Source of the DNA: an uncultured Novosphingobium sp.
GTDB taxonomy: Bacteria; Pseudomonadota; Alphaproteobacteria; Sphingomonadales; Sphingomonadaceae
DNA: 64,000 bases
NCBI GenBank assembly: GCA_964520765.1
Contig: CAZFPW010000001.1
Span: 11,876-75,875 of the forward strand
Reading direction: 5' to 3'
In this document: piece by piece, positions 29,658 to 39,657 of the stretch
Numbering within the stretch: position 1 is the stretch's first letter
How the letters are laid out: each line of letters opens with the position of its first letter
Notes under the pieces: model-generated
What the model was told of the DNA's origin: nothing
Databases searched by the model: none
Seen by the model: the letters and a program-made list of their open reading frames with translations, nothing else
Position numbers and translations under genes: made by a program

Positions 29658-29703
29658 GTATGGAGCTTACAAAGCGAAAGGGAGATTGAGCAGGCAAGGC
29701 GGC

Positions 29704-30381
29704 TCAGCGGTGCCAGGTCGCAAACTCGTCCACGCCGACGCGTTCGCTCACCAGCGTGTTCTCGGGCGCATCCGGGTCCATCCGGCCCAGCGCCATGCCG
29801 GAGAGCAGGATTCGGCTCTCGGGAATGCCCAGCTCCTCGTGGACGACCGCACCAACATCGCACCAGGCCTGCTGCGGACAGGTTTCTAGACCGAAGGCCC
29901 GCGCCACGATCATGATGTTCTGCATGAACATGCCGCAGTCGATCCAGGCCCCCAGGGCCATCGCCCGGTCCATCGTGACGAACAGTCCGACCGGCGCGCC
30001 GAAGAAGTCATAGTTGCGCAGCATCGCCGCCTTGCGCGCCGCCATGTCGTCGCGATCGATGCCGTAGAGGGCATAGAGATCAAACCCCACCTTGCGCCGG
30101 CGCGACCGATAGGGTTCCTCCAGGCGGTCGGGCACATAGGTATATTCCAAGCTGAAGCGCTCGGCCTCTGCCGCCCGGCGGCCCGCCTCGGCCAGCCGGT
30201 CGCGCGCCTCGCCGGTCACGACATGGACCTGCCACGGCTGAATATTGGTGCCCGACGGCGCGTGCGCCGCGGCGGTCAGGATGGCGCGGATCACCTCGTC
30301 ATCCACCGGCGTGGAGAGGAAGCGCCGGACGGATTTTCGTCCAGTCACGGCAGCGAGTGCGGAAAGTCCGGTTTCGGTCAT
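29704..30381 (-). CDS. Nitroreductase family protein (copy 2)
   Basis: RKSVRRF, PSGTNIQPW; close paralog of 10879-11580. Confidence 0.92.
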   Translation of the reverse strand: MTETGLSALAAVTGRKSVRRFLSTPVDDEVIRAILTAAAHAPSGTNIQPWQVHVVTGEARDRLAEAGRRAAEAERFSLEYTYVPDRLEEPYRSRRRKVGFDLYALYGIDRDDMAARKAAMLRNYDFFGAPVGLFVTMDRAMALGAWIDCGMFMQNIMIVARAFGLETCPQQAWCDVGAVVHEELGIPESRILLSGMALGRMDPDAPENTLVSERVGVDEFATWHR

Positions 30382-30412
30382 CGCACTCCCGCTTCCTACT
30401 CCCCTGCCCTTC

Positions 30413-32341
30413 CTAGTTGATGACGCCGGCCTGACGGCCGCTCTCGCCGATCGCGAGCATGCCCGTGTCGCCTGGACGACAGCTCCAGTTGGCTCCGTCC
30501 TTGACGTCGCCCTTGCCGCTGTAGCGCGCCATTTCCGGGAACTTGCACAGCGGCATCGTCCGGCCCGCAGGCTTGCTGAAGTCGACGCCGTATTGGTTGG
30601 CCTCGTACAGCGTGGCGAGGAGCGCGTTGGGCGCCTGGCGCTTTTCGACCCAGGCCTCCATGGCGGCCAGCGCATCGAAGCTGCCCGGCCCCTGGCCGAT
30701 CCCGCCGCCACTGCAATGCGCCGTGCCCGGAAGACCGAAGAGGCGGACGTTGTTCTGGAGCTTGGCGTAGCCGCCATACATCCGGGCCAGGCGCTTGTAG
30801 TAGTTGATCGACATATAGGGGGTCAGCAACTGATCGCTCATGTTCACCCAGATCAGCAGTTTTCGGTCGAGCCGGATCATCTTGGCGGCGTTCTGCGGAA
30901 TGTCGCCGATACCCATGCGCACCGCGGCATTGACCTTGGCGACCTCGGCCGCGGGCACGACCACGCGGTAGCCGTTGACCGGGCCGCGACCGCCCTCACG
31001 GAACGAGATGATCGAAGGCGTGCTGAAGTTCGGATCGTTCTCGTGCGCGAAGATCCGGATCACGGCGTCGCCGAGCAAGGCGATCCCCGCCGAACCGCCC
31101 GTGGCCGGGTTGCCGCTGTCATCCCAGGGCGTGGCCGTTCCAGGGTTCTCGGGCGGCAGGATCAGGGGATTCTGCATCTCGCTGACCGAATAGCCCGGCT
31201 GCACGATGCGGCCCTGGTGATCCGTGGCGGCCGTCAGCATGGTGCTGACCGTTTCGATCTGCGCCTTCGTGAAGCAGCGCTCCCCGGCGACATCGCCGGC
31301 GCAACGCGGCAGGTCCTTCTCGGGGCGGAAGTTGCAGGCCATCGGATTCTGGATCAGCCCGTCCTTCACGCCGTCGACGGCATCGCATTGGTCCATCACG
31401 ATCGCGTTCATCTGGGAGATGAGCGCCTTGGGAACCTGGGCGTCCGCCGAACGGACCGAAGCGAGCGACGCGCCCGTGCTCAGGAACGCGAGGTTGGCCA
31501 TGTTGGTATAGGCCGATCCGGCGATGATGCCGTCGAACTCCTCGGGGAAGTATGAGGCGGCCACCAGCGCGTCACGCCCGCCGCCCGAGCAGCCGCAGAA
31601 GTAGGAATAGGCGATCTGCTGCGACGTTCCGGTCGCCTGGGCGTAGAGAGCGGTGGTGAACTCTTTGCCCATCGTCGCCAGCACCTTCTGCGAACGATAG
31701 AGGAAGTCGTCGAGCGCATCCCGGTCGATCTGCCCAGGCCCCTTGATGGCCCATTTCCCTTGGTGGAAACCGCCATGCCCTTCATCGGTCGCGAACGAAG
31801 CGTAGCCCCGCTTGAGGCTGTCGCCCGGCAGGCCCTGGTTGGTGATCGTGATCGTCGGCGATGCCGCGTCGCTGACCGCGAACGTGCCGCAATGTCCGCC
31901 GCAGCCCAGTTGCAGATACTTCCGGTTCCAGGCCATCGGCAGGGTGGCGAGGAAGCTGGCGGTCTTGCCCGTCGCCGGATTGGTGACGTAGCTGCCCGTG
32001 ATCTGGCAATAGGCGGGCTTCGTCGCGGTGGCCGGCGTAAACCGGGTGCCGCCGGTCAGGAATGGCCCCGGCTGCACGTTGGCAGGCAGTTGCTCGACCG
32101 TCACCTTGATCGAAAGTCGGGCAGCGATGGCCTGCATCGCCGCCGGCTGGCACAGGTCCGCCAAGTTCGCCGCGACGATGCGGCCAGGCTCGGCATTCAT
32201 CGTCGGTGTTGCCTGCGCGGAGGCCTGCGGTTGAGCCCTGGCCGGCGAAGCCTCGCCAAGGCTCCCGTAAAGCCCGGCCGAGCTGCCCAGAAGCAGGGCG
32301 GCCGCCAGGATATGTCCTCTGGTCAAACGGTGCATCGGCAC
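30413..32341 (-). CDS. Tannase/feruloyl esterase family hydrolase (copy 3)
   Basis: TDEGH, GCSGGG, AHCSGG; paralog of copies 1 and 6. Confidence 0.93.
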   Translation of the reverse strand: MPMHRLTRGHILAAALLLGSSAGLYGSLGEASPARAQPQASAQATPTMNAEPGRIVAANLADLCQPAAMQAIAARLSIKVTVEQLPANVQPGPFLTGGTRFTPATATKPAYCQITGSYVTNPATGKTASFLATLPMAWNRKYLQLGCGGHCGTFAVSDAASPTITITNQGLPGDSLKRGYASFATDEGHGGFHQGKWAIKGPGQIDRDALDDFLYRSQKVLATMGKEFTTALYAQATGTSQQIAYSYFCGCSGGGRDALVAASYFPEEFDGIIAGSAYTNMANLAFLSTGASLASVRSADAQVPKALISQMNAIVMDQCDAVDGVKDGLIQNPMACNFRPEKDLPRCAGDVAGERCFTKAQIETVSTMLTAATDHQGRIVQPGYSVSEMQNPLILPPENPGTATPWDDSGNPATGGSAGIALLGDAVIRIFAHENDPNFSTPSIISFREGGRGPVNGYRVVVPAAEVAKVNAAVRMGIGDIPQNAAKMIRLDRKLLIWVNMSDQLLTPYMSINYYKRLARMYGGYAKLQNNVRLFGLPGTAHCSGGGIGQGPGSFDALAAMEAWVEKRQAPNALLATLYEANQYGVDFSKPAGRTMPLCKFPEMARYSGKGDVKDGANWSCRPGDTGMLAIGESGRQAGVIN

Positions 32342-32428
32342 TCCCCTCGGTGTTCTCTGTTCGATTGCTTTGGCAGACTGTTCCGGCGGGATCGGACCGC
32401 ACTCGCCGTCAGCCCCTCACTCCCCAAG

Positions 32429-33196
32429 CTACATGTTCATCCCGCCGTTCACGGCCACGACCTGACCAGTCACGTAACTCGCCTGGTCCGAGGCCAGGAA
32501 CGCGCAGGCGTTGGCGATGTCCTCGGGCAAGCCGGCGCGCGGAATCGGGATCATCTGCTGCGCGATGACATCGAGAGGCGGAAACTCTCCCGTCGCTTCG
32601 GATCGGCGCGCCTGCGGGGTGTCGACCAGCGAGGGCGGAACCGTGTTCACGGTGATGCCGTGCGGCGCGAGCTCGCGGGCCAAGGCCCTGGTCATGCTGA
32701 TGACTCCGCCCTTCGACGCCGAATAATGCACCTGCTTCGGTCCGCCCGAGAGCGCGGCCTGGGACGAGATCGTCACGATCCGGCCCCACCCGCCATCGAT
32801 CATGTCCTGCGCCGCGGCCTGGATCGTGTGGAACATGCCGGTCAGGTTGACGTCGATCGTGCGCTGCCAGTCCTGTGCCGACATCGCCATGAACGGCTGG
32901 AACACCGAGATCCCGGCGTTGGCCATGACGATGCTGATCGGGCCGAAGGCCTCGCGGGCCTTGGCATAGGCGGCCTCGGTCTGCTCGCGGCTCGATACGT
33001 CGAGCTTGCCGGTCACGATCCTTGCCCCACCGCGCCGGAGCGCTTCCGCCTCCTGCTCCAGCAACGCCTCGTTCGTGTCGAGCATGACGGTGGGATGGCC
33101 GTCCCCGGCGAACCGCTGGGCGATTCCCAGCCCGATGCCGGCGGCAGCGCCGGTGACCACGACGACGCGATCGGTGTGCACGGGCCCGTCCTTCAT
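32429..33196 (-). CDS. SDR family oxidoreductase
   Basis: TGAAAGIG, NAG, YSASK; ATGA overlap with the P450 gene. Confidence 0.92.
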   Translation of the reverse strand: MKDGPVHTDRVVVVTGAAAGIGLGIAQRFAGDGHPTVMLDTNEALLEQEAEALRRGGARIVTGKLDVSSREQTEAAYAKAREAFGPISIVMANAGISVFQPFMAMSAQDWQRTIDVNLTGMFHTIQAAAQDMIDGGWGRIVTISSQAALSGGPKQVHYSASKGGVISMTRALARELAPHGITVNTVPPSLVDTPQARRSEATGEFPPLDVIAQQMIPIPRAGLPEDIANACAFLASDQASYVTGQVVAVNGGMNM

Positions 33197-34473
33197 AGCG
33201 TCGCACTCGGCGTGAAGGTGAGGAACATCTCGCTGAGGCCGCGAACGATGAAGCTGGGCTCGTACGAGAGCCGGCGTTCGCCCGGCTCGCCATGCTTGTC
33301 GCCGGCGAAATCGATGTGGGAAGCGTGCTCGAGGAACCGGTCCAGGATGATGCGGATCTCGACCCGCGCGAGCGGTGCACCGGAGCAGACATGGGGACCA
33401 CGTCCGAACGCCAGATGCTCCTTGATCCGCGGACGGTCGAAGCGGAAGGCCCGCGGGTCTTCCCAGCGACGCGGATCGCGATTGGCGGCGGCCAGCGCGA
33501 TCACGATCTTCTTGCCCGCCGGGATGGCGACGTCGCCGATCCTGGTGTCCTTGCGCGCCAGGCGGAAGGTCACCTTGCTGGAGCCTTCGAGCCGAAGCAC
33601 TTCCTCGATGAAAGGGGCGATCCGGCTGCGATCCTCGCGCAGCAACTGCTGCAATCCCGGCACCTCGATGATATAGCGCAGCGAGTTCGCAAGCAGCTTG
33701 GCGCTGGTATCCTGCCCGGCGCCGAACAGGAACGTCGCGAGCCTCACGAGTTCCCCGACGTCGGGTATCGAGCCGTCGGGATACTGAGCCGACGCCAGCT
33801 CGGTCAGCACGTCCTGTCGCGGATTGGCGCGGCGATCCAGGATGTAGCCGACGAAGAAGCCGGCCATGTACTCCAGCGGGCTGACGTCCGTCGTAACGCC
33901 TTCGGCATCCATGCTGCCCGGCGGCGGACCTTCGCTGATGACCTTGGTGAAGGCATCGCGATCGGCCGCGGGCACGCCGAGCAGGTCGGCGATGACGAGC
34001 GTGACGAACGGCGTCGCCACTTCCGTTATCAGCTCGCACCGCCCTTTCGCGACGACGTCACGGACCATCTCGTCGGCAAGTTTCCAGATGAACTGCTCGT
34101 TCGCCTTCAGACGCGACGGAACGAACAGCCGATTGAGGATCGCGCGCGAGAACGAGTGCGGCCGGTCGTCCAGCGCGACCAGCAGCTCCGCCGTAGGAAT
34201 CTCGCTGCGATGCGCCTCGATCTGGTCGGTGATGTCCGCCCCTTCCGGCTCGAACGGCAAGGGCACGACCGGACCGCCCGGCGCGATGACCGAGGAGAAA
34301 TCGGCCGGATTGTTGAGGACCTCGAGGGCCTCCGCATAACCCGTCACCATCACGATGTCGCGATTTTCGAGCTGATGGACCGGCCCCTTGCCGCGGACCT
34401 CGTCGAAATAGTCGTACGGATCGAGCAGCACCGAATGATCGGTGAAATAATCGACTTCGCTGGTGGCTTCCAA
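33193..34473 (-). CDS. Cytochrome P450
   Basis: I-helix AGQDT, EEVLR (ExxR), FGRGPHVCSG heme ligand; probable TTG start after GGAG. Confidence 0.95.
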   Translation of the reverse strand: MEATSEVDYFTDHSVLLDPYDYFDEVRGKGPVHQLENRDIVMVTGYAEALEVLNNPADFSSVIAPGGPVVPLPFEPEGADITDQIEAHRSEIPTAELLVALDDRPHSFSRAILNRLFVPSRLKANEQFIWKLADEMVRDVVAKGRCELITEVATPFVTLVIADLLGVPAADRDAFTKVISEGPPPGSMDAEGVTTDVSPLEYMAGFFVGYILDRRANPRQDVLTELASAQYPDGSIPDVGELVRLATFLFGAGQDTSAKLLANSLRYIIEVPGLQQLLREDRSRIAPFIEEVLRLEGSSKVTFRLARKDTRIGDVAIPAGKKIVIALAAANRDPRRWEDPRAFRFDRPRIKEHLAFGRGPHVCSGAPLARVEIRIILDRFLEHASHIDFAGDKHGEPGERRLSYEPSFIVRGLSEMFLTFTPSATL

Positions 34474-34553
34474 GATCTCTACTCCAGGTGGGCGGGCGCT
34501 TTTCGCTCCGCGTCTGCCGACCGATCTATCCAGTCGCGACGCCGCCGACGAAA

Positions 34554-34567
34554 CCCCCATATGGGAG
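34554..34567. promoter_or_regulatory. 14-bp palindromic box CCCCCATATGGGAG
   Basis: One of 9 copies; upstream of the P450. Confidence 0.8.
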
Positions 34568-34576
34568 TTCGAGACG

Positions 34577-35131
34577 CTACCAGCGCTCGCCTTCGGCAGA
34601 CGGAACGAAGGGCCGTTCGTAGGATGGGTCCAGCCCGTCCCAGCGCGCCTTGAGGAAGCCTTTGACGTTCTTCGAATAGACCCAGGTCGCGTCGGTATCC
34701 GCCGTCATCTCGATCGTGCACTTGCGCACCAGCAGGCGCCACTCGCCGTCCCGCTTCTCGAGCTGGTCGAGGTAGCGGCCGAAGGCGATCGTGGTGGTCT
34801 TGCCGTCCAGCCAGAACAGCCCTCCGACCACGTAGGACTCGCAGTAGGCGGTGTCGCCGTCGAGCTCGCAGATGTGGTTGGTGATATTGTGGCTGGTCAT
34901 GTTGAAGTTCATCGAATGGCCGAGGTTGGCGCGCTTGGCGTAGTCGGGCGCATTGGTGATGACGGGCCCGTGCTCGTCGACTCCTTCGGGCCACCAGCAC
35001 CCGTTGATCTGGTCGACGTCCTGGCGGTCCCGCGCGCGGCTTTCGCGCTGGATGCAGTCGAGGATGGCTTGCCGGTCCTGAATGGCCTGAACGGCGGCGC
35101 GCAGTTGCGCGACTTCGGTTGCTATATCCAT
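34577..35131 (-). CDS. NTF2-like / SnoaL-like protein
   Basis: DRQAI...RARDRQD, HNITN, DGDTA, GRYLDQLEKRDGEWR. Confidence 0.88.
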   Translation of the reverse strand: MDIATEVAQLRAAVQAIQDRQAILDCIQRESRARDRQDVDQINGCWWPEGVDEHGPVITNAPDYAKRANLGHSMNFNMTSHNITNHICELDGDTAYCESYVVGGLFWLDGKTTTIAFGRYLDQLEKRDGEWRLLVRKCTIEMTADTDATWVYSKNVKGFLKARWDGLDPSYERPFVPSAEGERW

Positions 35132-35166
35132 GTGTCTCTTCCCGTGATCGGTGATGGCGTGGCGAA

Positions 35167-36996
35167 TTATCGGCAGACGAAGCTGGAGGAAACCTTCGGG
35201 TCGCCGCTCGTGTAGGTCGCCTGCTGCGGATAGGGGCAGATCGGCTGGCGGATCACTGGGAGCGTGGTCTTGGGCGAGACGATCTCCACCCGTCCCGGCT
35301 CGATGCCCTTCTCCACCCAGTCGACCATCAGCTTGTAGAACTGGCCGCCCGCCACGGCCGGCGGGTTGGCGTCGGGATTGGAGGTGCCGTGGGGCGAGGC
35401 ATGACCGCCGCCCGGCACGAGGTAGAGCTTGAAGAAGTCCTGCACCTTCCCGAAGCCGCCCATCGCCTCGGCAACCCGCTCGTAATAGTGCATCGACTGC
35501 TGGACGGGGATCGATTCATCGTTCCAGCCGTGCCAGCTCAGGAACTTGCCGCCCCGGGCCTTGAACCTCGAGAGATCCGGATTGTCGCTCGCCACCCCGC
35601 CGAACACCGGGTCGAGGGCGATGCCGCGGTCGAAGGCGTTGGCGAGCTGCTGGTAGCTCATCGTCTTCCACATGTCCTGGCCGTTCCCCGACGCATTGCG
35701 GAACTCCGGCCCGGCGATCGTCGGGTTCTGCCACGCCAGCGCGACCATGTCGGACATCTCGCCAGTCCTGGCCGCGCCGCCGCTGGCCGATCCCGCCTTA
35801 TCGCCTCCGCCCAGCAGCGCGATCATCTGGGCGTTGAGCTTAGTGAAATAGGCGAGATAGAGCGACGTCCCCCGCGCCCTGCCGTACCATTTGCGCTTGC
35901 CGCCGAGCGCGAGGCCGACCCCGTTGTCGACGGCCGGCGGCGGCGCGGAACCGTCCTCGGTGATGCCGTACCAGAGCTTGTTGAAGACCATCGCCTGGGT
36001 CTTGCTCACACAGTCCGCGGTCCGGTTCGTCCCGCCGTCCGCCGTGCACAGGACTTGCGGGTCCAGGCTGGGATCGTAGCGGCAGGCCGCGTTGTCCATG
36101 ATGTAGCCGAGGTGCTCGCCGCCCAAGACGTCGCAGGCGTGGATCGCCGCGTTGGAGACGATATCCTGCTGCGCCTCGGTCAGAGGTACGCCGCCCAGGT
36201 CCCGTTCGATCAGGAGGCTGCGATAGAAGTTCCCCATCCCCCACCGCGTGAAATAGATCGTCGGCAGGCTGGCGACGATGCCGTCGTAGTCCTCGGGATA
36301 GCGCTGGACGAGCTGGTAGCCGTGGCGTCCGCCGGTCGAGACGCCTTCGTAGTACGCGTGGTGCGCCGGCCGGCCGTAGTACAGCCGCGCCAGCGCCTTG
36401 GTCTTGAGCGCCATCTCATGCATCGCCCGGTGGGAGAAGTCCTCCCACAACGCGCGATTGGGCGTCCCATCGGGGTTCATCGCCCAACTGCCGTCCTTGG
36501 GAACATGCCCGGAATCGGTGCTGGCGGAAACCGAGCCCTCGGCCCCGGCGGTGGCGGCCGCATAAGGCCAGTCGACACGATCGGGCGAGCCTTGCAGCCC
36601 ACCGTCGTAGCCACCGTGGCCACCGATATTGTGAATCCGCCCGTCCCAGTTCTCCCGCGTCGGCAGCCAGATCTCGATGCCGATCCCGCGCGAGGTCGAA
36701 GGCGCGTCCGCCGGCCCCGGATTGCCCGGACCGATCACCAGCTTGACCAGGCACAGGTCGTTGAGCGCCGTGCCGGTGAGCGGACCCTTCGGCTCCGCCA
36801 CCACGAGCGGCTCCCCCTTCTTGTAGGCCCGCACGAGAACCACGGTCGTCAGGGAATCCGGGCGGAACGCCGCCTTCAGGGAATCGTCGCAGCCGGGCAG
36901 AGCCGCCGGCCCACCCGTGGCCGCCGGCTTCGCCGCGGCAGGGTGCGGCAGCACAGCGGCCAGCGCCGCGAGGCATCCCCAGGTAACGCCCTTCAC
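35167..36996 (-). CDS. Tannase/feruloyl esterase family hydrolase (copy 4), no active-site cysteines
   Basis: STDSGH, GVSTGGR, HGWND, GGGHA; signal peptide. Confidence 0.9.
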   Translation of the reverse strand: MKGVTWGCLAALAAVLPHPAAAKPAATGGPAALPGCDDSLKAAFRPDSLTTVVLVRAYKKGEPLVVAEPKGPLTGTALNDLCLVKLVIGPGNPGPADAPSTSRGIGIEIWLPTRENWDGRIHNIGGHGGYDGGLQGSPDRVDWPYAAATAGAEGSVSASTDSGHVPKDGSWAMNPDGTPNRALWEDFSHRAMHEMALKTKALARLYYGRPAHHAYYEGVSTGGRHGYQLVQRYPEDYDGIVASLPTIYFTRWGMGNFYRSLLIERDLGGVPLTEAQQDIVSNAAIHACDVLGGEHLGYIMDNAACRYDPSLDPQVLCTADGGTNRTADCVSKTQAMVFNKLWYGITEDGSAPPPAVDNGVGLALGGKRKWYGRARGTSLYLAYFTKLNAQMIALLGGGDKAGSASGGAARTGEMSDMVALAWQNPTIAGPEFRNASGNGQDMWKTMSYQQLANAFDRGIALDPVFGGVASDNPDLSRFKARGGKFLSWHGWNDESIPVQQSMHYYERVAEAMGGFGKVQDFFKLYLVPGGGHASPHGTSNPDANPPAVAGGQFYKLMVDWVEKGIEPGRVEIVSPKTTLPVIRQPICPYPQQATYTSGDPKVSSSFVCR

Positions 36997-37073
36997 ATCC
37001 TTCTCCCTCTGCCTCCGCCGTCGTTTGGCGGCTTGTGCCGTGCAGGATTGTCACAGGCCGGAAGGCGGAGGCA

Positions 37074-37087
37074 CCCCCAGATGGGAG
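37074..37087. promoter_or_regulatory. 14-bp palindromic box CCCCCAGATGGGAG
   Basis: One of 9 copies; upstream of tannase copy 4. Confidence 0.8.
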
Positions 37088-37127
37088 ATCGGCCTATGCA
37101 GCTTTCAAATATGCGCGGGGCGCCAGG

Positions 37128-38618
37128 CTAACGCGCCAACGAACGCACACGGGGCAGGCCGAGCGCAGCGCGCAATTCCGGCTTCAGCTCGATCACCCAG
37201 AACCCGCTGTCCATGCAGGCGAACCAGATATGCCCCGCATCCGCCTTATAGCGGACGTGCGACATGCACGCGTCCCCGGGCTTGAAGTAGGCGACCTCGG
37301 TGGGCTTCGCCGGGTCCCGCAGGTCCGCGATGCGGATGCCCGCATGCATGAAAGGGAACAGGCCCAGGCGCGTCTCTGTCGAGCTATCGACATCGTTGAA
37401 ATGCGTGGAGGCGGTCCCGGCGCGGCCGGTGACGCCGTTCGAGGCGGTTTCAACCGCGTCAGGCGGCGGGCAGTTCTCCTTGAAGTTCATCTCCAGCCGG
37501 AAATGACCGACGATGCGCGGGCTGGTCTCGTCGGCGATATTGGTGATCCTGGGCCACGAGGCCGGGCAGGCGCCCAGCTCGCCCGCCCCGACGAGATGGG
37601 GCACGCCGTTGATCCGCGCCTGCACCGCCGAATGCCAGCCGCCGTGCTGCGACGTGCCCACAAGGCGCAGCTTCGGATCGGGCCGGCCCAGCGCGAGATC
37701 GCTGTTGTCGAAGATGTAGATCCCGCCCGCCTCCGGTCCCAGGCCCTCGGCATTCGGGGGAAAGGTCTTGATGCCCTGGTTGAGGTCGCCGCCTTTGGAG
37801 GCGATCACGCCCGCATAGATGCGCCGCTCATCGGGGCTGATCGAGATTTCGTGCGGGGCGAACTCGAAGGTCGAGCCATCGGGCCGGGTCGCGCCGAACT
37901 TGCCGATGAACCGCGGCCTGGCCAGGTCGGAAATGTCCATCACCTGGATGCCGCCGGTCCCGGCGAAAGGCTGGATCACCGTGCCATAGACGCGCCGCCC
38001 GTTGGGCGAGACGGTGAGCGTGTGCACCGGCTCCGGCCATCTCACTTCCGCCATCAGGCGGGGATTGGCGCAATCGGACACGTCATAGATGTCGAGCCAG
38101 CCCTCGGCCGGTCCGTTGATCCCCGCGACCCCGCCATAGGTGCTGGCCGCCAGCACCGCCCGGCCCGGCACCGTCACCGCATGCAGGGTCTCCCCGGCAT
38201 CGAGCGCGCCCTTGTCCTGAAGGAACCGGACGAGCTTCGGGGAAGCGGGCCTGGAAACGTCGATCACCGCCACGCCCGACGTAGGGCCGACAGGCTGCCT
38301 GGCGGGACCGCCGGGCGTGATCTCCACGCCGCCGGCCACGTAGGCGCAGCGATCGGCCCAGGCCATGATCAGGTTCCCGGAACGCTTGCCGACGTCGCTG
38401 TGACCGACGATGCGCACTCCTTTCGAATAGGGGCGCGGCAGCACCACGGCTTCGCCGGGTAGGGTTTCACCTTGCTTGCCGGGCTCCAGGTGGTCCACCT
38501 GTCCGGTATCGGCCGGCCCCGCCGCGCCGGGTTGAGCGAGAGAGAGCGAAAGCGCGAGCCCGGCAAGCACGCTCGCGAGCGGACGGATCATTGCATGATC
38601 CCAGCGTGAATTCGTCAT
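37128..38618 (-). CDS. LVIVD-repeat-like beta-propeller protein (copy 3)
   Basis: PYSKGVRIVGH, FAPHE, GGWHS, HFNDVDS, AYFKPGD; AAGGGGAG RBS. Confidence 0.8.
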   Translation of the reverse strand: MTNSRWDHAMIRPLASVLAGLALSLSLAQPGAAGPADTGQVDHLEPGKQGETLPGEAVVLPRPYSKGVRIVGHSDVGKRSGNLIMAWADRCAYVAGGVEITPGGPARQPVGPTSGVAVIDVSRPASPKLVRFLQDKGALDAGETLHAVTVPGRAVLAASTYGGVAGINGPAEGWLDIYDVSDCANPRLMAEVRWPEPVHTLTVSPNGRRVYGTVIQPFAGTGGIQVMDISDLARPRFIGKFGATRPDGSTFEFAPHEISISPDERRIYAGVIASKGGDLNQGIKTFPPNAEGLGPEAGGIYIFDNSDLALGRPDPKLRLVGTSQHGGWHSAVQARINGVPHLVGAGELGACPASWPRITNIADETSPRIVGHFRLEMNFKENCPPPDAVETASNGVTGRAGTASTHFNDVDSSTETRLGLFPFMHAGIRIADLRDPAKPTEVAYFKPGDACMSHVRYKADAGHIWFACMDSGFWVIELKPELRAALGLPRVRSLAR

Positions 38619-38647
38619 CGTCGCATCTCCCCTTCCTGCTCTATTCT

Positions 38648-39643
38648 TCATCCACGGTTCGGCTTCAGCCGCCCGCGGAGGAATCGCGCCTGCGCGGCGA
38701 GCACCTCCTGATCCTCGGGCGCGCCGAAGAATCCGCCATGCGGCATGCCTTCCCAGACGTGCAGTTCCGCTTCGAGCCCCGCGTCCAGCAAAGCGCGGTG
38801 CATGCGGACGGTGTTCGACAGGAACACGTCGCGCGTGCCGCAATTGAGGAACGTCGGCGGAAAGCCCTTGGTGAAGTCGCCGAACAGCGGGGACAGGTAG
38901 GGGTCGCGCAAGTCGTGCCCGTCGGCGTAGAGTGCGATGCTGTCGGTCAACCGCTCGGACATGACCACGTCGACATGGATGTTTGTCTCGAACGAATCTC
39001 CGGATTCCGTGAGGTCCGCCTCGGGCGTCGCCAGCACACAGGCGCCCGGCAGCGGCAAGCCCAGATCGCGGACCTTGAGCGCGAGCGCTCCCGCCAGTCC
39101 GCCGCCAGCCGAGCCGCCGGCGATCACGACCTGTGGAGCGGCGAACCGCTCCAGCACCAGCCTGTAGGCTTCCACCGCATCGTTCAGCCCGGCCGGAAAC
39201 GGATGATCGGGCGGCATGCGGTAGTCCACCACGAAGGTCCGCAGCCGCGCATGGCTGGCCAGCGGCATCGCCATATAGACGCCGGCCATGCCCGAACCGT
39301 GCAGGTAGGCCCCGCCGTGCAGATAGACCAGGGCGCAGTCCGAGAAACCGGGATCGAGATTGTCGGGGACCAGTTCGTACAGGGACGTCTGCGAAAGCTG
39401 GTGCGTTTCGACCTCGGCCGGGAATGCCTGCGCGCTTGCCGCCATGCCGAGCGTGAGCCAGTGATTGCTTTCGGCGATGTAGGCCCGCCAGGCATCCTTG
39501 TGCGCGGTCCCGACGGGGGGCCGGGTCCCGCCGGGGTCCATGCGCTGCGAGAGGAAGGCCTGGGCTTGCGCGCTTACCGTCGTGGGCGCGGGCACCCAAT
39601 GCTCGGCGACGAGAACGCCCTTTGCGGAAGCATCTTCAGTCAT
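38648..39643 (-). CDS. HSL-family alpha/beta hydrolase (cytoplasmic)
   Basis: HGGAY, GGSAGG, GMPHG; paralog of 57025-58023. Confidence 0.92.
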   Translation of the reverse strand: MTEDASAKGVLVAEHWVPAPTTVSAQAQAFLSQRMDPGGTRPPVGTAHKDAWRAYIAESNHWLTLGMAASAQAFPAEVETHQLSQTSLYELVPDNLDPGFSDCALVYLHGGAYLHGSGMAGVYMAMPLASHARLRTFVVDYRMPPDHPFPAGLNDAVEAYRLVLERFAAPQVVIAGGSAGGGLAGALALKVRDLGLPLPGACVLATPEADLTESGDSFETNIHVDVVMSERLTDSIALYADGHDLRDPYLSPLFGDFTKGFPPTFLNCGTRDVFLSNTVRMHRALLDAGLEAELHVWEGMPHGGFFGAPEDQEVLAAQARFLRGRLKPNRG

Positions 39644-39657
39644 CGTATCGTTCTCTT

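Noticed and set aside
37128..39599. 823-aa fusion-like ORF (similarly 3990-5723, 29704-30777, 32429-34039, 18845-20440, 58591-60666)
   Set aside because: The extensions overlap real upstream genes in another frame; internal starts with an RBS or stop/start overlap explain them
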